In this document: one piece after another, positions 36,118-46,287 of the stretch | Position numbering within the stretch: the first letter of the stretch is position 1 | How the letters are laid out: each line of letters begins with the position of its first letter | Virus record (IMG/VR): IMGVR_UViG_3300032227_000570 | Location: 1-64,000 of that record | Strand: one strand, 5' to 3' | DNA from: a virus | Lineage: Duplodnaviria > Caudoviricetes | Length of the DNA: 64,000 nt | Position numbers and translations under genes: made by a program | Notes under the pieces: model-generated | The model's database searches: none | The model's input: the letters and a program-made list of their open reading frames with translations, nothing else | Told to the model about the DNA's origin: nothing

Positions 36118-36377
36118 TTACCCTTCAGGTGGTGGCGGATAGTGTCCCTACTTATGTCAGTCATTGTTTGAAACTTCTCATGGATTTTTACATAGTTGGG
36201 TTTCACAACATCATCGTGATTGGCTTTAATCCAAATATCAACCATTTCACGGTGTTCTGGTGAAAGGAAATCCAACCAGTCTCCAAAACGGCAACGCTTT
36301 GTCTCTGGTAAATGAAGTGGGGTATTAAAAAAAGATTCGAACTGTTCTTCGCTTGGATACTGAAATGCTTTTGGCAT
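36102..36377 (-). CDS. hypothetical protein with C-terminal H..G.CxC
   Basis: IRHHLKGKCAC; upstream TACTAT box and RBS. Confidence 0.7.
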   Translation of the reverse strand: MPKAFQYPSEEQFESFFNTPLHLPETKRCRFGDWLDFLSPEHREMVDIWIKANHDDVVKPNYVKIHEKFQTMTDISRDTIRHHLKGKCACR

Positions 36378-36447
36378 GTGTTCCTCTCCTAGAGATTTCC
36401 TCTAAGAAATAGTACACGAAAAAAGCAAAGAACTTCTGGACGAGGAC

Positions 36448-36684
36448 TTACTTTTCCTCACGTGTCGTACTTGAAGATTCGTCAAAGTTGTAGTACGAGC
36501 CACGGGTCTGCTTTGAATAAGGAGCAGGGGTTCCATAAGGGTTGTTCTCATTCTTCCATGCAGTGCGTTGTTGAGCACTTGAAAGATTTTGGGAACCTAA
36601 AGCAGACGGAGATGTCACGCCCTCATACTTATATGCTGAGAAGCGTGAATCACCTTCGTCTTGAGAAGATTGTCTCTTACTCAT
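36448..36684 (-). CDS. hypothetical protein
   Basis: ORF track. Confidence 0.6.
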   Translation of the reverse strand: MSKRQSSQDEGDSRFSAYKYEGVTSPSALGSQNLSSAQQRTAWKNENNPYGTPAPYSKQTRGSYYNFDESSSTTREEK

Positions 36685-36693
36685 AAAAGCAAA

Positions 36694-37098
36694 TTACATC
36701 ATTGAGTTGTCAGAGCCGCTTGAGAAGTTCTGACGAGAACCCATTGTAGAAGGAACAATACGACCAGCAGACATTGTTGCTGCAGCCTCTGGAGAAGAGA
36801 CTGAGAACTTTGACTTGACACGGTATGCCGCACCTAGACGTTCTCCACCTGCGTTAAGAATAGCAGGACGACCGCCACTCTTTCCACCTGCGGTTGGGTC
36901 TGCTGCTTGTGTGTTTTTCTTAGGAACTAGTGTTCCCTTTACAGCACCAACAGCAAGTTTTGCACTTCCTGCAGTGATGTGTTGTTCAATAACGCTTGGA
37001 ACGTCTACTGACGTATTCTTTCCTGCAGCGTCCATGTGGTTTGATGCTGCTCCTGCACGACGACGCATAGCGTGTCCCATCTTTCTGTAGTCTGACAT
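36694..37098 (-). CDS. hypothetical protein
   Basis: aaggag RBS. Confidence 0.7.
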   Translation of the reverse strand: MSDYRKMGHAMRRRAGAASNHMDAAGKNTSVDVPSVIEQHITAGSAKLAVGAVKGTLVPKKNTQAADPTAGGKSGGRPAILNAGGERLGAAYRVKSKFSVSSPEAAATMSAGRIVPSTMGSRQNFSSGSDNSMM

Positions 37099-37136
37099 TG
37101 GAACTCCTTTGTGCCCTAAAAGAAGGATACCTTCTT

Positions 37137-37430
37137 TTAACTTGCTTGGATGCTAAACACGATGGCGGAGATTTCCCCGTCACGGCTTTCAATGGTTGTG
37201 AAACCTGGCTTGCAGGTTAGGTCTAGCCCTCTTGGGGCTACATATCCACGGGCAATGGCTAGGGCTTTAACTGCTTGGTTAACAGCACCTGCTCCTACGG
37301 CACGTAGTTTGACCTGACGGTCTGCGTACAAGGCATGAGCGATAGCGGAAGCAACGCTTTGTGGGTTGCTGCCAGCACTTACACGGAGAAACGGCTCTTC
37401 TGGAGAGACGATTGGTTCAACATTAGTCAC
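37137..37430 (-). CDS. spoVS: SpoVS-family (Alba-like) protein
   Basis: LRVSAGSNPQSVASAIA...AVGAGAVNQAVKALAIARGY...CKPGF. Confidence 0.9.
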   Translation of the reverse strand: MTNVEPIVSPEEPFLRVSAGSNPQSVASAIAHALYADRQVKLRAVGAGAVNQAVKALAIARGYVAPRGLDLTCKPGFTTIESRDGEISAIVFSIQAS

Positions 37431-37497
37431 GATTTATTATCCCTTTAGTTTGTGGTGCCCACCTAACCCCTAAAGGTAAAGAAAAACACCACCTACG

Positions 37498-38073
37498 TCA
37501 GTCTAAACGCTTCTCATCTCTATATTTTGGGTCAGACATTTGTTTAATTATTGCTTTTTCTACATCATTTATCCCAGTACCTGAGACTAACCTGGCTAAG
37601 GCGTAAGAGTCAGCAGCATTGTCGTCGCTAAACTCCACACCCCAACGCTTGTACATCTGCATCAGCATCTCTTGTTTTTTAGAGTTTCCTTTACCTGACG
37701 CAAACTTCTTTAGGGTCATAGGGGCTACCTGCAACGGGAATATCTTGTCTCGTTCGTACAGTTCTAATTTAACGATGGCTGCTAACTCACCTAGTTTTAG
37801 AGCAGCAGGGGATTGTAAAACGCTACCTTCTATAGCAACATCAAGTATCTCGGCATTTAGTTCTTGGATGTAGTCAAGTGTGTCGCCTATCCACTCTTTA
37901 ATATCTACAAGTCTTTCAATACCAAAGTACGGTGACTTATAAACCCATGTGTTGTATTGCTTTGGGTCTTTGGATGACAGGGCTGTTAAACCAAACCCAG
38001 TTAAGGATTGGTCAATGCCTATGTAAACGTCGTCTTTTCGGGTAAGACCGTTATCAAAGAATCTTGTAGGCAA
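37498..38073 (-). CDS. RuvC-like Holliday junction resolvase
   Basis: IGIDQSLTGFG, VAIEG, LKKFASGKGN.KK, DDNAADSYALA. Confidence 0.85.
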   Translation of the reverse strand: MPTRFFDNGLTRKDDVYIGIDQSLTGFGLTALSSKDPKQYNTWVYKSPYFGIERLVDIKEWIGDTLDYIQELNAEILDVAIEGSVLQSPAALKLGELAAIVKLELYERDKIFPLQVAPMTLKKFASGKGNSKKQEMLMQMYKRWGVEFSDDNAADSYALARLVSGTGINDVEKAIIKQMSDPKYRDEKRLD

Positions 38074-38578
38074 GGGTTTTCACTAGAAACTCTAACTGTT
38101 CTAGTGTCCCATCATTCTGTAGAACCTCGTCAAATGTGTAACCACTCATCTCCACTTCAGAGATGTGACTGTTAACAGCAGTTACGTCTGGACGTTCTAC
38201 ACGCCAAATCTCTCCACCTAACATACGGATAGTGTCTGCTTCATTCTGGAATCTAACATCCGCAATTACGTAGTTCTTTTCTGGGTCTAAGTTGTTTAAC
38301 GCTGCTTCAATCCAAACACCTTCTCCAATTACTTTACGTGCAGCATACCCAAGAGACTGCAGTAACCCACGTACTTCTTCTTTTGCTTTAGCAACATCCC
38401 AACCGTACTCATCAACTAAAGGTACTAAGTTGTCAGAACCTATTTGTGGATTCATTGCATACAGAATCTCACGAATGGCATCTGCAAAAGCAACACGTTC
38501 GTAACCGCACTCTTTAACTAACGTTTCTGCAACGGTGTCTTTACCTGAACGAGCAAATCCTGATAAACCAATAATCAT
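38054..38578 (-). CDS. deoxynucleoside monophosphate kinase
   Basis: IIGLSGFARSGKDTVA, AFAD, R.LLQ.LG, DVRFQNE, HISE. Confidence 0.9.
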   Translation of the reverse strand: MIIGLSGFARSGKDTVAETLVKECGYERVAFADAIREILYAMNPQIGSDNLVPLVDEYGWDVAKAKEEVRGLLQSLGYAARKVIGEGVWIEAALNNLDPEKNYVIADVRFQNEADTIRMLGGEIWRVERPDVTAVNSHISEVEMSGYTFDEVLQNDGTLEQLEFLVKTLAYKIL

Positions 38579-39075
38579 GCTGAGAACTTGTCCTTTCGCA
38601 TTGAACGGAAGTCAGAAGAACGACGAGTGATTTCACGTGAGACCAAAGCGGTATCTCGTTCTAGGTTGTAAAACATAACCTCAATCATTTTGCGATAGGC
38701 ATACGCATCTTCCAACTTATCAGCCAAACCTAAAACCTTTGGGTCAATTGCAACCTCTGCCTTGATTGCAGTAACTCGTTCTCCAGTGGTCTTTTGACCC
38801 ATACGAGTAACCATGATTCTTGCAGAAGCAGAGTCAACAGCCTTCTCTGCGTATCGTTCATCAACCTGTGCTGCAGACAACTGAGTAGCAATGTAGTTAG
38901 ACCACGCAGTTAAACTGCTAAACAAATGGCTTAACTCTTCTCCGTCAAGGTCTGTGAGTTCCTTCGGCATAGTAGGAAACTCTGACTGCTTTGCAGCGTG
39001 GAAAAATCCTTGTTCTGTCAAAGCATCTACCGCTTTCTGTGAGGCTGGTCCAAACTTAAGCATTGTTATCTCCAA
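38575..39075 (-). CDS. helical protein, possibly UvsY-like recombination mediator
   Basis: Coiled-coil with LVSREITRR end; inside the recombination cluster. Confidence 0.45.
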   Translation of the reverse strand: MEITMLKFGPASQKAVDALTEQGFFHAAKQSEFPTMPKELTDLDGEELSHLFSSLTAWSNYIATQLSAAQVDERYAEKAVDSASARIMVTRMGQKTTGERVTAIKAEVAIDPKVLGLADKLEDAYAYRKMIEVMFYNLERDTALVSREITRRSSDFRSMRKDKFSA

Positions 39076-39895
39076 ACTGGTTGCACTGTTTACATCCTAG
39101 TGCACCGTTGTTGCTGCACTCAATAGGTGTTCCTGCTTTAAAAGCGTCAACTACAAGTTGGGCCTTTTCAAAGATAGGTGCAACAAACTCGTAGTCTGCT
39201 TTAATTGTGAACTCACGGTAATCCTGGTCTGCCTTGAGTTCGTAGATAAACACAATCTCTTTAGGAGCAGCATCACCGTGAACACGTTTTGCTAACTCTA
39301 GATACATTTGACCCTGCAAAATGTGAGTTCTAAATGGGCGACGAATACTCCTCCACGCTTTAGTTAAATCACCGTCTGCTTTTGCAAGTAACTCAGGGGC
39401 TTCAAAACGTAGAGTTCCTGCACCAATCGATTTAATCTCAATTAAGCAGTCATCTCCAATCCCTTTAATCCAACCATCGGCGTGACCTGCAATCATTAGT
39501 TCAGGAAGAACTAAAGGCACTTCTTTATAAACCTTGCTAAGTTGTCCTGCAAGGTCCTTAGAGGTTGCCCATGTCATGTTGTCGTCACGTCCAAACTGCC
39601 AAAGTCCGTACAACACACCCATCTCACTAAACCAGTTCTGCCACTTAGCATGGATGCTGTGGCCTTCATCAAAGATAGATTGCAAACGCAGGTTTGCTTT
39701 GTCTTTCTTTACTGGTGCACCTGTAAGTGCAAAGTAAGAGGCTCTTAGACACCAGTCTGATTTAACCATCTCAGAAGGATGCAACACGGTCGTTGAACGT
39801 ACCTCTGGTGGTCGTGACATCAAGTGTCGTTCAATGTCGCCAATGAGACGAGGGTTTGTCTTCTTAGCGTCTAAGAACTTCTTTAGGTCTGTCAT
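39056..39895 (-). CDS. Cas4-like PD-(D/E)xK exonuclease
   Basis: HPSE...C.R, G..IH, GHADG, IEIKS, QGQMY, C-terminal C..CxxC. Confidence 0.85.
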   Translation of the reverse strand: MTDLKKFLDAKKTNPRLIGDIERHLMSRPPEVRSTTVLHPSEMVKSDWCLRASYFALTGAPVKKDKANLRLQSIFDEGHSIHAKWQNWFSEMGVLYGLWQFGRDDNMTWATSKDLAGQLSKVYKEVPLVLPELMIAGHADGWIKGIGDDCLIEIKSIGAGTLRFEAPELLAKADGDLTKAWRSIRRPFRTHILQGQMYLELAKRVHGDAAPKEIVFIYELKADQDYREFTIKADYEFVAPIFEKAQLVVDAFKAGTPIECSNNGALGCKQCNQFGDNNA

Positions 39896-40212
39896 TCAGT
39901 TTCCAATCTCAAGATGTACTCTTTTAAAGTCATCTGCTTTTTGTAGGACTTCTTCCACTTTCTTACTTGAGCGTTTCTTTCACGATGTGAAAGTCCTCCC
40001 CAAATGCCGTGTGGCTCATCCCTTTCTACAGCATCCCACAGACATTCATTTCGTACTGGACACGGCGTTTTGCCGTTTTCCCCAAAACAAAATGTTTTAG
40101 CCCTGTCTGCAATAACTGTGTATAACTCTTTGTCACGAGGTGGGTAAAAGGTGTCAGTGTCCTCTCCCTTGCACTTTGCCTTATACCGCCATGCGTAAGA
40201 CGGTTCATCCAT
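39892..40212 (-). CDS. whiB: WhiB-family transcription factor
   Basis: W...AKC...FYP...AK.FC..(insert)..CPVRNECL..A....EPHGIWGGLS.RER. Confidence 0.9.
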   Translation of the reverse strand: MDEPSYAWRYKAKCKGEDTDTFYPPRDKELYTVIADRAKTFCFGENGKTPCPVRNECLWDAVERDEPHGIWGGLSHRERNAQVRKWKKSYKKQMTLKEYILRLETE

Positions 40213-40215
40213 TTG

Positions 40216-40536
40216 TTACGATTCCTTTTCAATGGTCTCTCTCATTTCTAGGTAATCGTCTTCAAGGAGAACCACGTAGTTCTCCCCATCTAAATGCAAA
40301 CCGAGTACGGGTGTTCGGCTATCTAGTATTGCCTCTCTCGTTATCTTCTTTAGAACCTCTGACTTAATGGTGACTTGCTTTTTGCCTGTCCACTTGTGTT
40401 CAATCAAAAGGTCTTTAGAACGGACATCGCCCTTCCTTGACCAGAAAGCACCAGAAGCAGCAGTCCGAGAACCGTCAACTTTTTTTGCTAAACGGTTTTC
40501 GTGTTTGCGTGATTGCTTCTGGCCTTCTGACTTCAT
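40216..40536 (-). CDS. Hjc-like PD-(D/E)xK nuclease
   Basis: HE.RLA, SGA.W..KGDV, LIEHK. Confidence 0.75.
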   Translation of the reverse strand: MKSEGQKQSRKHENRLAKKVDGSRTAASGAFWSRKGDVRSKDLLIEHKWTGKKQVTIKSEVLKKITREAILDSRTPVLGLHLDGENYVVLLEDDYLEMRETIEKES

Positions 40537-40751
40537 TAGTCCTCAAGCATGTGTGACTTGTGGTGACCAATGGCGGCAATTGTCAGTGCAACTGTTTCTG
40601 CAGTGGACTGTACTGTTACCGATAAATCTTCTGGGTGCATCTTATCGTGCAGATGCTTACCCGTTACATAGGTATCAGAGTTCTTTACGACCTCTGTAAG
40701 AATGGTTAGGTACTGGTCCATAGACAAGTACCACTTAGGTTCTTTAGCCAA
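40536..40751 (-). CDS. hypothetical protein
   Basis: Coupled ORF. Confidence 0.65.
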   Translation of the reverse strand: MAKEPKWYLSMDQYLTILTEVVKNSDTYVTGKHLHDKMHPEDLSVTVQSTAETVALTIAAIGHHKSHMLED

Positions 40752-41763
40752 GTTCCAACACCTTCTTTGCTAGTTCTTCTTTGAGTTCAATCTCTTCTCG
40801 GATACTTGCAATGAGTGCATCTGTGCCTTGCCACTTACGTTCACCGTAGTAGTACCAAGCACCCTTACGCTCTACTATCTCATTGAGCACTGACATCGCT
40901 GCAATTTCCTTGGCAAAATCATACTCTCCTGGAGCACAATCTCCTCCTGGGGCAAAGTAGAAATCAAAGTAAGCCACACGCTGTGGTGGTGCTGTCTTGT
41001 TCTTTAAACTGCGAACCTTGATGACTTGACCAATACGGGTCTTGTTACCGCTAGGACCAATCTCAATCCACTCATCTCTACGAACCTCACAACGAGTAAA
41101 GAAGGCATAGTTCTTTCCTTCTCCTCCAGGAGTTGTACGAGGGTCGCCGTGCATTACGCCAATCTTCATACGGTATTGGTTAATTACGATACCCAGTACG
41201 GCACGTTCATCCTCTACCAAACTTCTTTTAATGGCTGAACCAACAACTCTAAAGAACTTATTGGTGAGCAAGGCTCCACGACCTACGGTCATCTCATCCA
41301 TGTTCTTCTCCATTTCAGGAGCAGGTGAGAGGGCTGGTAGGGAGTCAATAACAATTGCATCTACAGCCTTAGACTCAGCAAAAGCAATCACTGCGTCATA
41401 GGCTTCTTCCATAATGTTGGTTTCAATAACAATTACTTTGCTGGTGTCAACACCACACATCTCTGCGTACTCTGGAACCCATTGCTCTGCAGCAACCCAC
41501 ACAGTTGTGTGTTCTGGGTTTAGTTTTTGATTAGCAGCAATCGTCTTTAATGCTACGGCTGTTTTTCCGTGTGAGGATTCTCCGATGAGTTCATTCCACT
41601 GGTTTCCAGGAAATCCTCCTCCAAGGACGTAATCCAATGTAGTAGAACCACTGGTAATGCGAGGAATAAGGTCAGCCCTAATATCAGACCCGACCACAAC
41701 GACGTTCTCACCAAACCGTTTATTAAGTTGTGCTGCGACTTTTCTTGCTTCATCATTTATCAT
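40744..41763 (-). CDS. recA: RecA recombinase
   Basis: GS..LD..LGGG.P, GESSHGKT, IVIDSL.AL, INQYRMKIGVMHGDPRTTPGG, KNKTAPP. Confidence 0.92.
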   Translation of the reverse strand: MINDEARKVAAQLNKRFGENVVVVGSDIRADLIPRITSGSTTLDYVLGGGFPGNQWNELIGESSHGKTAVALKTIAANQKLNPEHTTVWVAAEQWVPEYAEMCGVDTSKVIVIETNIMEEAYDAVIAFAESKAVDAIVIDSLPALSPAPEMEKNMDEMTVGRGALLTNKFFRVVGSAIKRSLVEDERAVLGIVINQYRMKIGVMHGDPRTTPGGEGKNYAFFTRCEVRRDEWIEIGPSGNKTRIGQVIKVRSLKNKTAPPQRVAYFDFYFAPGGDCAPGEYDFAKEIAAMSVLNEIVERKGAWYYYGERKWQGTDALIASIREEIELKEELAKKVLELG

Positions 41764-42134
41764 CCGTCAATTCTTCCTATGATGCCTTGTGGATTCCAGT
41801 TGCTTGTAACGTCGTTTCCAATAGAGGACTTTGTAGTTCCTTCAACCTTTGCACCTGTAAGTGCTCCGTACCTAGAACCCGATTGACTAATTGGGTATCC
41901 GCAGTCGTAGCAACGAGGTGCTGAGTTCTGTACTGCCATGTAATTATTGGAATTACATTCAGGACAAGTCTGTGTTTGTTGAGCACTTCCTATTCTCAAC
42001 TGAGGTGTTTGAGGTTGTGGTGCTTCGTACCGTGTCATGGGCTGTTGAGATGGTGGCATAGGTGGTGACACGTCCTGACGTTGTGCAGGAGCGTTTCCCT
42101 GCAATTGTCTTGCCCACCAGTCTGCACTGCTCAT
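41760..42134 (-). CDS. Zn-ribbon protein
   Basis: CPEC...RCYDCGYP. Confidence 0.7.
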   Translation of the reverse strand: MSSADWWARQLQGNAPAQRQDVSPPMPPSQQPMTRYEAPQPQTPQLRIGSAQQTQTCPECNSNNYMAVQNSAPRCYDCGYPISQSGSRYGALTGAKVEGTTKSSIGNDVTSNWNPQGIIGRIDG

Positions 42135-42574
42135 CTTGGTCTCCTTGGTCCTACGCTTAATAACCTTAAATCTACCATCTGGGAAATAGACCCTAGCACA
42201 GCCCCCAACATCATCTGATGATTGTGTGTAACCATGCGTGTCCAGACTTCATCAGGGACTTGGCTTAGGTCTCCTGAGATGCTTGTCTTTTCTAACTCCA
42301 TACTGGACTTAGCAATAGCAAAAGTCTGAGCAATAATGAGGGGTGTCAGATGCTCTACTCGTTTAATTCGTTTATCACTTGCTGCTTGCTCCATTTCAGC
42401 AACTTCATCGCTAACCATGGATGTGCCTGATAAAACACTTAAAGCAAAGGCTTCTTTAAACTGTGCGTCTAAATACAAACCACGAATACGGGACATCACT
42501 TCTGTAGTTAACTCATCTAAAGTTAACTCTGGGTCTTTCTTTTTCTTAAACCAACTCACTTTGCTTCTCCCCAT
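42131..42574 (-). CDS. hypothetical protein
   Basis: ORF track. Confidence 0.65.
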   Translation of the reverse strand: MGRSKVSWFKKKKDPELTLDELTTEVMSRIRGLYLDAQFKEAFALSVLSGTSMVSDEVAEMEQAASDKRIKRVEHLTPLIIAQTFAIAKSSMELEKTSISGDLSQVPDEVWTRMVTHNHQMMLGAVLGSISQMVDLRLLSVGPRRPR

Positions 42575-44568
42575 TTCTGGACAACATAGGTTTCTGCAAT
42601 CAAGGGAACAATCATGTCTGGAAGTTTAACACCTTCCATAGATGACTTAATTGCTGCAGCAGTCTCCTCAACCAAGTGGTCTGGAGTAATAGTCACAAGT
42701 TCATCGTGAACTGTAAGAAGAACATTAACTTCTGGCTCATCAACAAAACATGAGTGTGCTCTAACCATAGCCAACTTAATTAGGTCAGCAGCAGAACCCT
42801 GAATAACTGTGTTAAATGCTTGTCGTTCTGCTCGTGACTTTTGCCCCAAGTCTTTGTTCAACAATTCTGGAATATATCGTCTACGCCCTAGAACTGTTGA
42901 GACATACGGGAGTGGTCGTTGTTGACGAGCAAGACGGATGACTCTTTCTCTGTAGTTGTTTACAGAAGAGAACGAGTCATTAAAGCGGTCCATCAACTGA
43001 TGAGACTCTTTAACCGTACAGCCAATCTGGTCTGCAATCTTTTCTGGACCAATACCGTAAGCAATAGCAAGTACAAGTACCTTTCCTGCTTTACGGTCTA
43101 CGCCCATGCTCTCACCAATAGTTGTGTAGATGTCTCCACCCTCTAAATAGTTCTTAACCATTCGTGGGTCACGAGAAAACGATGCAATGATTCGTGGCTC
43201 AATCTGAGAGTAGTCAGCAACTACTAACTTGTACCCAGGGGGTGCGATAAACAAGTTACGGATTAACTTGCCGTACTCACCACCGTTAGGAATGTTCTGC
43301 AGGTTTGGTTCACTACTGGAGAAACGCCCAGTCTCAGCACCGTGGGATTTAAAGTTCGTGTGAACCTTTCCGTTTACCAACAAACTCTGTCGCTCTGTGG
43401 TTTTTGATTTACCCGCTGTAGTTCTTGTTACTGAACCACCAGTGTAAGGAGTTACATAGGTTGTCATGATTTTGTTTAAGTCTTGGTACTTCATGATTGC
43501 TCCCACCAGTGGGTCTTTCTCACGGTAGTACTCAAGTGCTTCTGCACTTACAGAATAGTGTTGGGGACCAACCTCAACCCCACTCTTCACTGCTTCTAAT
43601 CCTTTAGGTGTAAGAGCAATCTTGATTGTCTTGTTAGGACGAATACCACGACCGCCTTCTGACTTTGGAGTAAAGAGGATGTTTTGCTTTTCAGGAATCG
43701 AGTTCATGTGGAACTCTTTACCTGCAAGTTTGTAGGCTTCCCCAGTTACTTTAACAAGGTCCTTTTCAATCTGCTTACGAAGGCTTTCAAGTTCTTCCTC
43801 GTCAATAGTCGCACCTGCTAACTCCATGTCAGCCAGTACAAGCATGAGGTCCATCTCTAAACGCCAAACAGTAAGCATGTCACGCTCTTTAAGTCGTTGG
43901 TCATACACCTTGTACAACTTCCAAGTGGACTCAGCATCTATTGCTGCATACTTAGCAACTTCACTAAAAGCGTGTCTTTCAACGGCTTTACCTACACCCT
44001 TAACAACAACAAGCCCCAACTCTCTCTCAGAACAGGCTGCAAGTCCTAGGTTGTTCTTAGTGCGGTTATCTAAAATAAACGAAGCCATCATTGTGTCAAA
44101 GTACGGCTTTGGACAAACTACTCCTCGGTAGTACTTAGCAATTGCTTTGAGGTCGAACTTAATGTTGTGTCCGACTTTTGTTTTGTCACTAAACAGTAAA
44201 GGCTTGAGTGCTTTAAACACATCCCCTGGAAGGAGTTGTGTTGGTGCTGCGTCAAAAACTGGTGTCCAGTTATCTTCTCGCTTTGAGTAATCCTGTTCAC
44301 GAATTTCCTTTCCTTCTGCTAAACGCTTTTCTCCAGAAGCAAGTAAAGGCTTATCCCAATGAAGGAACTCTCCGTTTGGATGTCCCATAGGTATGACATC
44401 CACACGACCTTCTGTAGCAAAAGCAATCCAAGTTACTTCGTTAAGAAGCGGATGCAGTCGTGAGAAGTCATCAGGTCCAACGGTTTCTACGTCAAAAGCA
44501 AAAGCGGGTTCTTTTAAGTAAGCGTTGACCATCTCAGTCAATGCTTCTGTGGTTGTAATAATGTTCAT
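42556..44568 (-). CDS. polA: DNA polymerase family A with 3'-5' exonuclease
   Basis: FDVET, GHNIKFD, YAAIDA; TGRFSSSEPNLQNIP, ADYSQIEPR, K..VLAIAYG, QGSAAD, TVHDEL; start at 44568 after aaggag. Confidence 0.92.
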   Translation of the reverse strand: MNIITTTEALTEMVNAYLKEPAFAFDVETVGPDDFSRLHPLLNEVTWIAFATEGRVDVIPMGHPNGEFLHWDKPLLASGEKRLAEGKEIREQDYSKREDNWTPVFDAAPTQLLPGDVFKALKPLLFSDKTKVGHNIKFDLKAIAKYYRGVVCPKPYFDTMMASFILDNRTKNNLGLAACSERELGLVVVKGVGKAVERHAFSEVAKYAAIDAESTWKLYKVYDQRLKERDMLTVWRLEMDLMLVLADMELAGATIDEEELESLRKQIEKDLVKVTGEAYKLAGKEFHMNSIPEKQNILFTPKSEGGRGIRPNKTIKIALTPKGLEAVKSGVEVGPQHYSVSAEALEYYREKDPLVGAIMKYQDLNKIMTTYVTPYTGGSVTRTTAGKSKTTERQSLLVNGKVHTNFKSHGAETGRFSSSEPNLQNIPNGGEYGKLIRNLFIAPPGYKLVVADYSQIEPRIIASFSRDPRMVKNYLEGGDIYTTIGESMGVDRKAGKVLVLAIAYGIGPEKIADQIGCTVKESHQLMDRFNDSFSSVNNYRERVIRLARQQRPLPYVSTVLGRRRYIPELLNKDLGQKSRAERQAFNTVIQGSAADLIKLAMVRAHSCFVDEPEVNVLLTVHDELVTITPDHLVEETAAAIKSSMEGVKLPDMIVPLIAETYVVQKWGEAK

Positions 44569-44586
44569 AATGCTCCTTTTGATAAT

Positions 44587-44626
44587 GTGGTGGGTTAGCG
44601 GAATCCGCACACTGCTAACCCACCAC
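44587..44626. terminator. 15-bp stem-loop between ssb and polA
   Basis: gtggtgggttagcgg/ctgctaacccaccac. Confidence 0.55.
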
Positions 44627-44649
44627 GTGGGACTAATCGCTAATGGGGG

Positions 44650-45315
44650 TTAAGCGATTGAACGAGCAATCTCAAGTAGTTCGGAACGAGGTGTATCCCA
44701 AATTACTTCAGGGCTGAATGGTTCAGCCGATGCTACGAGTTCCTCAACCTGAGCAGGGTCAAGGTCCCAATCTTCCATCAAGTCTGTTCCACGAACACGC
44801 TCTAGAGAGTATGTGGTCTGTGGTCCAGTACCAGCACGTGAAATTGAATAGTAGAACTTATTCAACGGTCCACGCTTTGGGTCTTCGTGTGCTGCTTTAA
44901 TCTGACGGAACAAAGTTGGTGGAGCAGTCATAATCATTGTCTTCTTCTCTTCTGATGAAAGAACAAGAACAGTGAAAGCAAACTTGCCACGTGGCTTATC
45001 TCCTAGAAGGTCGCATAGTGGGCAACCCTCTGGGTCAGAATCTGCAAGGCAAACAAATGAACGCTTACCTGACGAACGGTCAATCCAATGTTGTTCGTAA
45101 CTACGGAAAGGTCCATCACCAATGAATTTGATGAGTTGTGATTCTTCTGTGAACTTAAAGTCGTTTGGATATTCTCCGTCTTTAACGGTTGACTTTAGGA
45201 TTTTACTTGCTGCATCCCATCCAGCCTGAACTGTTGTTCCGACCTTTGGTGTTGCGTTTTCGTCATCTGCATCCAAATAAGCATCTGCATTGACTGATGG
45301 TTGTGTGATAGGCAT
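44650..45315 (-). CDS. gp32-like single-stranded DNA-binding protein
   Basis: QHW...FVC...CPLC Zn site, ISR.GTG..TTY; start MPITQ at 45315. Confidence 0.7.
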   Translation of the reverse strand: MPITQPSVNADAYLDADDENATPKVGTTVQAGWDAASKILKSTVKDGEYPNDFKFTEESQLIKFIGDGPFRSYEQHWIDRSSGKRSFVCLADSDPEGCPLCDLLGDKPRGKFAFTVLVLSSEEKKTMIMTAPPTLFRQIKAAHEDPKRGPLNKFYYSISRAGTGPQTTYSLERVRGTDLMEDWDLDPAQVEELVASAEPFSPEVIWDTPRSELLEIARSIA

Positions 45316-45364
45316 TTTTCTTCTTTCGGTAATGAGGCTTTCGCACTCGGTTGGTTGTGAGGTA

Positions 45365-45838
45365 TTAACTCTCGTTAGCAGTCTGCTCTTTCCATCTTGA
45401 AAGAATCGCAATGGTTAGGTCTTCGTGCTGGGACCATTCTACACGAGCAGTCCCTAAAAGCCCTCTTTTGGAGAACTCTTCAACGGCTATTTCTATAAGA
45501 ACCCGTGTATAGACACGGTTTCCCCCGACCTTTTGTCCGTTTAAAGACTTAGACCGAAGCCTGTATGGTGCTCTTGGGATATAGCCTTTCTTCTCCCATG
45601 AGCGGATACTGATGATGCTTTTCTCTAACGCTTTGGCTAAAGCACCGATTGTAAAAACTTCTACTTCTTTTCCACCCAAATGCTTAAGTACTGGGTTAGA
45701 GTCCCAAGCATCTTCTTCATAAGACTTCTTGCGTGGAGCCTTTGGGTTTACATCACGGCGTTTTTGTTTTGACCCAGGCTTGTACTGCAAACCAGCAAAC
45801 GCTTTTGCAATCTCATCTTCTCCACGCAATCCAGCCAT
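45365..45838 (-). CDS. MerR-like HTH DNA-binding protein
   Basis: FTIGALAKALEKSIISIRSWEKKGYIP...NRVYT. Confidence 0.8.
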   Translation of the reverse strand: MAGLRGEDEIAKAFAGLQYKPGSKQKRRDVNPKAPRKKSYEEDAWDSNPVLKHLGGKEVEVFTIGALAKALEKSIISIRSWEKKGYIPRAPYRLRSKSLNGQKVGGNRVYTRVLIEIAVEEFSKRGLLGTARVEWSQHEDLTIAILSRWKEQTANES

Positions 45839-45840
45839 GA

Positions 45841-46278
45841 TTACTTCTTACTCAACATAAGTGCCCACACAATTTTTGGTGGGAACATTTCATCTACTTC
45901 TTCCTCGGTTAGTAAACCCTCATACAAAGCAGCCATAAGTTCATCTTCATCAACTACACGAATGGTCTTGTAAAGACGGTCAGTTAGACCCTTCTTCTCA
46001 ATAAGGTCTTCAGCAATCATCTCGTCAATCTTGCGACTAACACGCTTTTGCTTTTGCAAACTTACGTACTCATCAACAGGTTCTGGAAGTTCTAACCACC
46101 AGTTACCTTTATCGTCAGTAAACCCATCCTCTTCAATTTTTTCAAAAAGGGATGTCTTTAGTTCTTTCTGACGTGCTTCAAACTGGTCAATGTTTTTCTT
46201 TAGTGATGCGTACTCTTTTGTTTGACTTAGTAGGTCATCGCCAGAAAACTCACGTGGTTCATCGGCTGCTCTTGCCAT
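45841..46278 (-). CDS. hypothetical coiled-coil protein
   Basis: ORF track; aggag RBS. Confidence 0.7.
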   Translation of the reverse strand: MARAADEPREFSGDDLLSQTKEYASLKKNIDQFEARQKELKTSLFEKIEEDGFTDDKGNWWLELPEPVDEYVSLQKQKRVSRKIDEMIAEDLIEKKGLTDRLYKTIRVVDEDELMAALYEGLLTEEEVDEMFPPKIVWALMLSKK

Positions 46279-46287
46279 GTTATCTCC

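Noticed and set aside
39056-39895. Cas4-like gene as evidence of CRISPR-Cas
   Set aside because: Solo Cas4-like nucleases are common in phage recombination modules; no repeat-spacer array or other cas genes seen.
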